Below, piece after piece: positions 60,307 to 64,000 of a stretch of DNA of 64,000 bases. This DNA is from Candidatus Latescibacterota bacterium. Lineage in GTDB: Bacteria; Latescibacterota; UBA2968; UBA8231. The notes under the pieces are model-generated. The model was not told where the DNA came from and did no database searches. It saw nothing but the letters and a program-made list of their open reading frames with translations. Position 1 is the stretch's first letter. The number at the start of each line of letters is the position of its first letter. A program made the position numbers and the translations under genes. The DNA lies in assembly GCA_965219385.1 (NCBI GenBank), contig CBDCNM010000002.1, positions 2,226,936-2,290,935 on the forward strand. The letters run 5' to 3'.

Positions 60307-61610
60307 GCCACCTCGCCTGGGTCAACTCACTGCCTGAGTCGTGGCAGGTGAAGCCGCTCCGGGCAACGACTGATTATGTGGTGAGCAACGTCGATAAATT
60401 GTCGGTTGACCACGAAATACCGGTTCGATTGTGTAATTACACGGACGTTTACAACAACGACTTTATTTTTACGAGCCTCGACTTCATGCAGGCAACAGCG
60501 ACCGAGGACGAGATCGAGAAGTTCGGCCTGCAAGTCGGCGATGTTGTCATCACGAAGGATTCAGAATCATGGGATGATATAGGTGTCCCCGCGCTTGTTC
60601 GGGAAACAGCCGACAACCTTGTATGCGGTTATCACCTCGCGCTTCTTCGTCCCCGTCGCCACCAGTTGGCGGGCGCGTTCCTGTTTCGCTGCCTACAGGC
60701 GAAACCTATCCAAGTGCAACTAGAATTGGCGGCTAATGGTGTGACCCGCTTCGGATTACCGAAATCCGAGATTGGCACCGTTACTCTGCCTGTGCCCCCG
60801 CTTCCTAAGCAGCGCACCATCGCCGACTACCTCGACCGCGAGACCGCACGCCTCGATGCGCTAGTGGCGGCGAAGGAGCGGCTGCTGGACCTGCTGGCCG
60901 AGAAGCGCCGGGCTCTCATCACCCGTGCCGTCACCCGTGGCCTCGACCCCTACGCCCCGCTACGCGACTCCGGCATCCCCTGGCTGGGCGAAATCCCGGC
61001 GCATTGGACTCAAAGCCACCTCAGGCGTCTGTTGGTTAGCATGGACTACGGTATTTCGGTGTCAGTTGAAACCTCGGGCAATGTTGCTGTTCTCCGCATG
61101 GGTGACATTCAGGACGGAGAGATCGACTATTCCGGAATCGGATTTGTGGACGAAGTTGATGGGTCGCTCCTCCTTCAGCCCGGCGACCTCGTCTTCAACC
61201 GTACTAACAGTCTGGATCAGATTGGGAAAGTGGCATTGTTCCGTGGCAAGCCTGACTATCCGGTATCGTTTGCCTCCTACTTGGTAAGATTCCGATGCAG
61301 CCCCGCTGTTTTGCCTGAGTTTTTGAACTGGCTCCTGAACTCAGCATATCCGCTGGCCTGGGGACGCGCCCAAGCACTGCCCGCGATTGGACAGGCTAAC
61401 CTAAACCCGAATCGCTACGGCTATCTGCCCATCTCACTGCCATCAATTGAAGAACAGAAAGAGATTGTCCGGTACATCTTGAACTGGACAAGTCGAATCG
61501 ATGCTGTGCGGGCTGAAACGCAGCGTACCAGAGCACTGCTCGTCGAGCGCCGCTCTGCCCTCATTGCTGCGGCCGTGACTGGGCATATTGACGTAGGGAG
61601 CACGCCATGA
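60303..61610 (+). CDS. hsdS: Type I R-M specificity subunit
   Basis: Two TRDs and conserved repeats: PPLPKQRTIA, DSGIPWLGEIP, PSIEEQ, ALIAAAVTG. Confidence 0.93.
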   Translation: MSHLAWVNSLPESWQVKPLRATTDYVVSNVDKLSVDHEIPVRLCNYTDVYNNDFIFTSLDFMQATATEDEIEKFGLQVGDVVITKDSESWDDIGVPALVRETADNLVCGYHLALLRPRRHQLAGAFLFRCLQAKPIQVQLELAANGVTRFGLPKSEIGTVTLPVPPLPKQRTIADYLDRETARLDALVAAKERLLDLLAEKRRALITRAVTRGLDPYAPLRDSGIPWLGEIPAHWTQSHLRRLLVSMDYGISVSVETSGNVAVLRMGDIQDGEIDYSGIGFVDEVDGSLLLQPGDLVFNRTNSLDQIGKVALFRGKPDYPVSFASYLVRFRCSPAVLPEFLNWLLNSAYPLAWGRAQALPAIGQANLNPNRYGYLPISLPSIEEQKEIVRYILNWTSRIDAVRAETQRTRALLVERRSALIAAAVTGHIDVGSTP

Positions 61611-62812
61611 TCGTCACACGTCTCAATCTGGCCAACCTCCGCGCCATCAAGGCGTCCGAGTTCCGCTTCCACCCGAGATTTAATCTCATCGTCGGTGTCA
61701 ACGGAGTTGGGAAGACAAGCGTTCTGGATGCACTGAGGGTCTGCCTCTCGTCGGTGGTGAAACGGGCGAACGGATTGCCAAACAACGCCAAAGCACTCTT
61801 GAGCGACGACATCCGCATCGGGGCTGACGTTACGATGCTTGAGTGCCATGTTCGGATTGGCGCACGCGATCACGTTTACCTCCGTCACAGACCGCGCCAA
61901 GCTGACATGCCAAAGAAGGCGCAGTTCATCGGCGAAAGACCCTCACCAGTGTCCGGTGACGAGCCAAGGGGGCGACCACTCGCGGTATTCTTTTCAACCA
62001 ACCGTGCTGTGCCGTCGAGACGAACTCCTGGGAAGGGCGTCGCCGCGGGGGGCGTCGCCGCGGCGTTCGCGTACGCCTTCGTGGATCGCGAGTTGCGGCT
62101 CGGCGAGTTCGGTGCCTGGCTGAAGGTCCAGGAATCCATGCGCAGCGAGCGTCCGGCCGCCGACAGCATGCTGACCGCCTGCGAGGATGCCGTAGCGCGC
62201 TTCCTGCCGGGTTACGGGAACCTGCGACTTGGCAGCGACGACCGCCCGCAGCTCTGGATTGACCAAGGTACGACGGCGATTCCGGTCCGGCAGCTCTCGG
62301 ATGGCGAACGCGGGATACTGGCTCTCGTATTGGACCTGACCCGGAGGCTTGCGCAGGCCAACCCCAATTTCACCGACCCGGCCTCCGAAGCCGAAGCGGT
62401 CGTCCTGATCGACGAGATTGACCTGCATCTGCATCCCAAATGGCAGCGCCAGATCATTCACAACCTGACCACCACTTTCCCGCGCTGCCAGTTCATCGCG
62501 ACGACTCACTCACCGCAGGTCGTGGCGTCCGTCGAGCCCGATCAGGTTCATCTTTTGGCTCCTGTTGGAATCATCCATCCGGACCGCAGTCTTGGGATGG
62601 ATTCAAACTGGATTCTACGCCACCTCATGGAGGCCGATGACCGACCCGAGGATGCGATGGCTGCCATTCAATCTGTTGAGAACTTGATTGCGAAAGGAAC
62701 CTTCGAGGAAGCGCACGCCGCGATCTCAGAGGCTAAGAAGAACGGGCTTGACCTACCAGAGTGGTCCGTTCTTGAAGCGCGCATAGCTCGACTGGAGGTT
62801 TTGGCCGAATGA
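61607..62812 (+). CDS. ABC-type ATPase, PtuA-like
   Basis: GVNGVGKT, LSDGER, LIDEIDLHLHPKWQ, TTHSP. Confidence 0.85.
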   Translation: MIVTRLNLANLRAIKASEFRFHPRFNLIVGVNGVGKTSVLDALRVCLSSVVKRANGLPNNAKALLSDDIRIGADVTMLECHVRIGARDHVYLRHRPRQADMPKKAQFIGERPSPVSGDEPRGRPLAVFFSTNRAVPSRRTPGKGVAAGGVAAAFAYAFVDRELRLGEFGAWLKVQESMRSERPAADSMLTACEDAVARFLPGYGNLRLGSDDRPQLWIDQGTTAIPVRQLSDGERGILALVLDLTRRLAQANPNFTDPASEAEAVVLIDEIDLHLHPKWQRQIIHNLTTTFPRCQFIATTHSPQVVASVEPDQVHLLAPVGIIHPDRSLGMDSNWILRHLMEADDRPEDAMAAIQSVENLIAKGTFEEAHAAISEAKKNGLDLPEWSVLEARIARLEVLAE

Positions 62813-63519
62813 AGTACATCCAGAAGACCGGATGCCCGCACTCTTATTCCAAGTGGTGCGCTGCAGTTGCGGGAACGAATAAGTCTGATTGGCGTGAGGT
62901 GCCTTCGACCCAAAAGGACCAAATATTGGCGGCTATGATTGCAGAGCAAGGCGGGTTGTGTGCCTATACGATGCGTCGGATTGACAAGGATTCATCGCAT
63001 TTGGAGCATATCAAGCCACAGAGTCGCTGCCGGAAGGACCTGCGTGGGTCTGACTTGGACTACTCCAATTTGATAGCGTGTTTCCCACGGCGCGATGTGA
63101 AAGGACAGCCTCGCTATGGCGCACGGCTTAAGGATAATTGGTGGGAGAACGATGGCACCGAATTCGTGTCTCCGCTTCAGCCTGCTTGCGAACAGGTCTT
63201 TCGATTCAAGCTTGATGGTAAGATTGAGGCAGTCGGCAATCGAACCGAAGCCAGAACCACGATTGCCGTCCTCGGCCTCGATCACAGAAGTCTTACCGAA
63301 GACCGAAAGCGCTTCATTGAGGAGTTCATCTACGGGCAGACGGGGGATAACCCAATGTCTTACACCGCCGCGCAGCGTGCACGAGACAAGATTTGCGATC
63401 TTAACGGGAATAATCTCTTCTACGAGTTCTGTGTTGCAATACGAGCAGCCCTAGAAGAGCATATGGCAGCCCTCAAGAAACTCCGCCAGCGCAGGAGATA
63501 TGCGCGGAAGAGCAGATAA
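62809..63519 (+). CDS. HNH nuclease, PtuB/TIGR02646-like
   Basis: EQGGLCAYT, HLEHIKPQS, LDYSNLIAC, TI..LGL. Confidence 0.8.
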   Translation: MKYIQKTGCPHSYSKWCAAVAGTNKSDWREVPSTQKDQILAAMIAEQGGLCAYTMRRIDKDSSHLEHIKPQSRCRKDLRGSDLDYSNLIACFPRRDVKGQPRYGARLKDNWWENDGTEFVSPLQPACEQVFRFKLDGKIEAVGNRTEARTTIAVLGLDHRSLTEDRKRFIEEFIYGQTGDNPMSYTAAQRARDKICDLNGNNLFYEFCVAIRAALEEHMAALKKLRQRRRYARKSR

Positions 63520-63520
63520 C

Positions 63521-64000
63521 TTGCCGAGTGACGACAGGCATTCGGAAGCCGCCTTCGAGATCGTAATCGAAGCGCACCTGCTCCAGAACGAATACGTTCC
63601 CGTTTCCCGCGAGGGCTTCGACCGCGACCGCGCGATCTTCCCCGACACCGTCCTCGCGTTCATCCGCGAGACCCAGCCCGTGGAATGGGCCAAGCTAGAA
63701 GCGCTCCACGGCGACCAAACCGGCGAGCAGATTCTCACGGACCTGTGCAAGTGGATGGACGCCAACGGCTCGCTCGCAACCCTGCGCCACGGCTTCAAGT
63801 GCTACGGGCGAACGCTCCATGCGGCGTTTTTCAAGGCGGCTCACGAACTGAACCCAGAGCTCGAAGCCCGCTACGCAGCTAACCAACTCGGACTCACCCG
63901 CCAGCTTCGTTTCTCCCCTCAGTCGGAGAAATCGCTCGACGTAACCCTAAGCCTGAACGGCATCCCCATCGCCACGGTGGAGCTCAAAAACCCGCTCACC
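63521..64000 (+). CDS. hsdR: Type I restriction subunit R, 5' part; runs off the window
   Basis: Open frame from TTG 63521: HSEAAFE...FIRETQP..W...LRHG...LDVTLSLNGIPIATVELKNPLT (PD-(D/E)xK motif). Confidence 0.88.
   Translation, partial: MPSDDRHSEAAFEIVIEAHLLQNEYVPVSREGFDRDRAIFPDTVLAFIRETQPVEWAKLEALHGDQTGEQILTDLCKWMDANGSLATLRHGFKCYGRTLHAAFFKAAHELNPELEARYAANQLGLTRQLRFSPQSEKSLDVTLSLNGIPIATVELKNPLT

Noticed and set aside
61607..63519. Retron (Ec78-like) system
   Set aside because: No reverse transcriptase and no msr-msd-like region nearby; the genes abut hsdS and hsdR.

Overview
High-GC bacterial chromosomal segment. The gene content suggests an FCB-related uncultured lineage such as Latescibacterota (inference only): two secreted proteins with a C-terminal 'PNPFN' FlgD-Ig-type domain, six PhyH-family dioxygenases, an NHL-repeat protein and several TIM-barrel enzymes. 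Housekeeping and metabolic genes include rtcB, pdxST, ino1, a PhoX-family phosphatase, an LpoB/COG3014 lipoprotein operon, TrmH, a Wzx flippase, an amidase and an HpcH aldolase. There are three accessory blocks. (1) At the left edge, an ImmA/IrrE metallopeptidase plus a DUF4411-like PIN gene, followed by a probable hsdR stub. (2) An AT-richer island at about 36.1-42.4 kb: truncated histidine kinase, sigma54 activator, BtrH_N-like protein and two glycosyltransferases. (3) At the right edge, a defence region with two TA modules whose toxins are dead, a DUF4062/coiled-coil/wHTH gene, and a type I R-M operon carrying a PtuA/PtuB-like ATPase + HNH pair between hsdS and hsdR. Reading the raw sequence also shows a small MITE family (3 copies, one with TIRs and a 5-bp TSD), a perfect 24-bp-arm hairpin upstream of rtcB, a homopolymer frameshift, and many intergenic gene remnants that look like deletion scars. 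No rRNA, tRNA or CRISPR array was recognised. Family assignments come from motif recognition by eye, not database searches.
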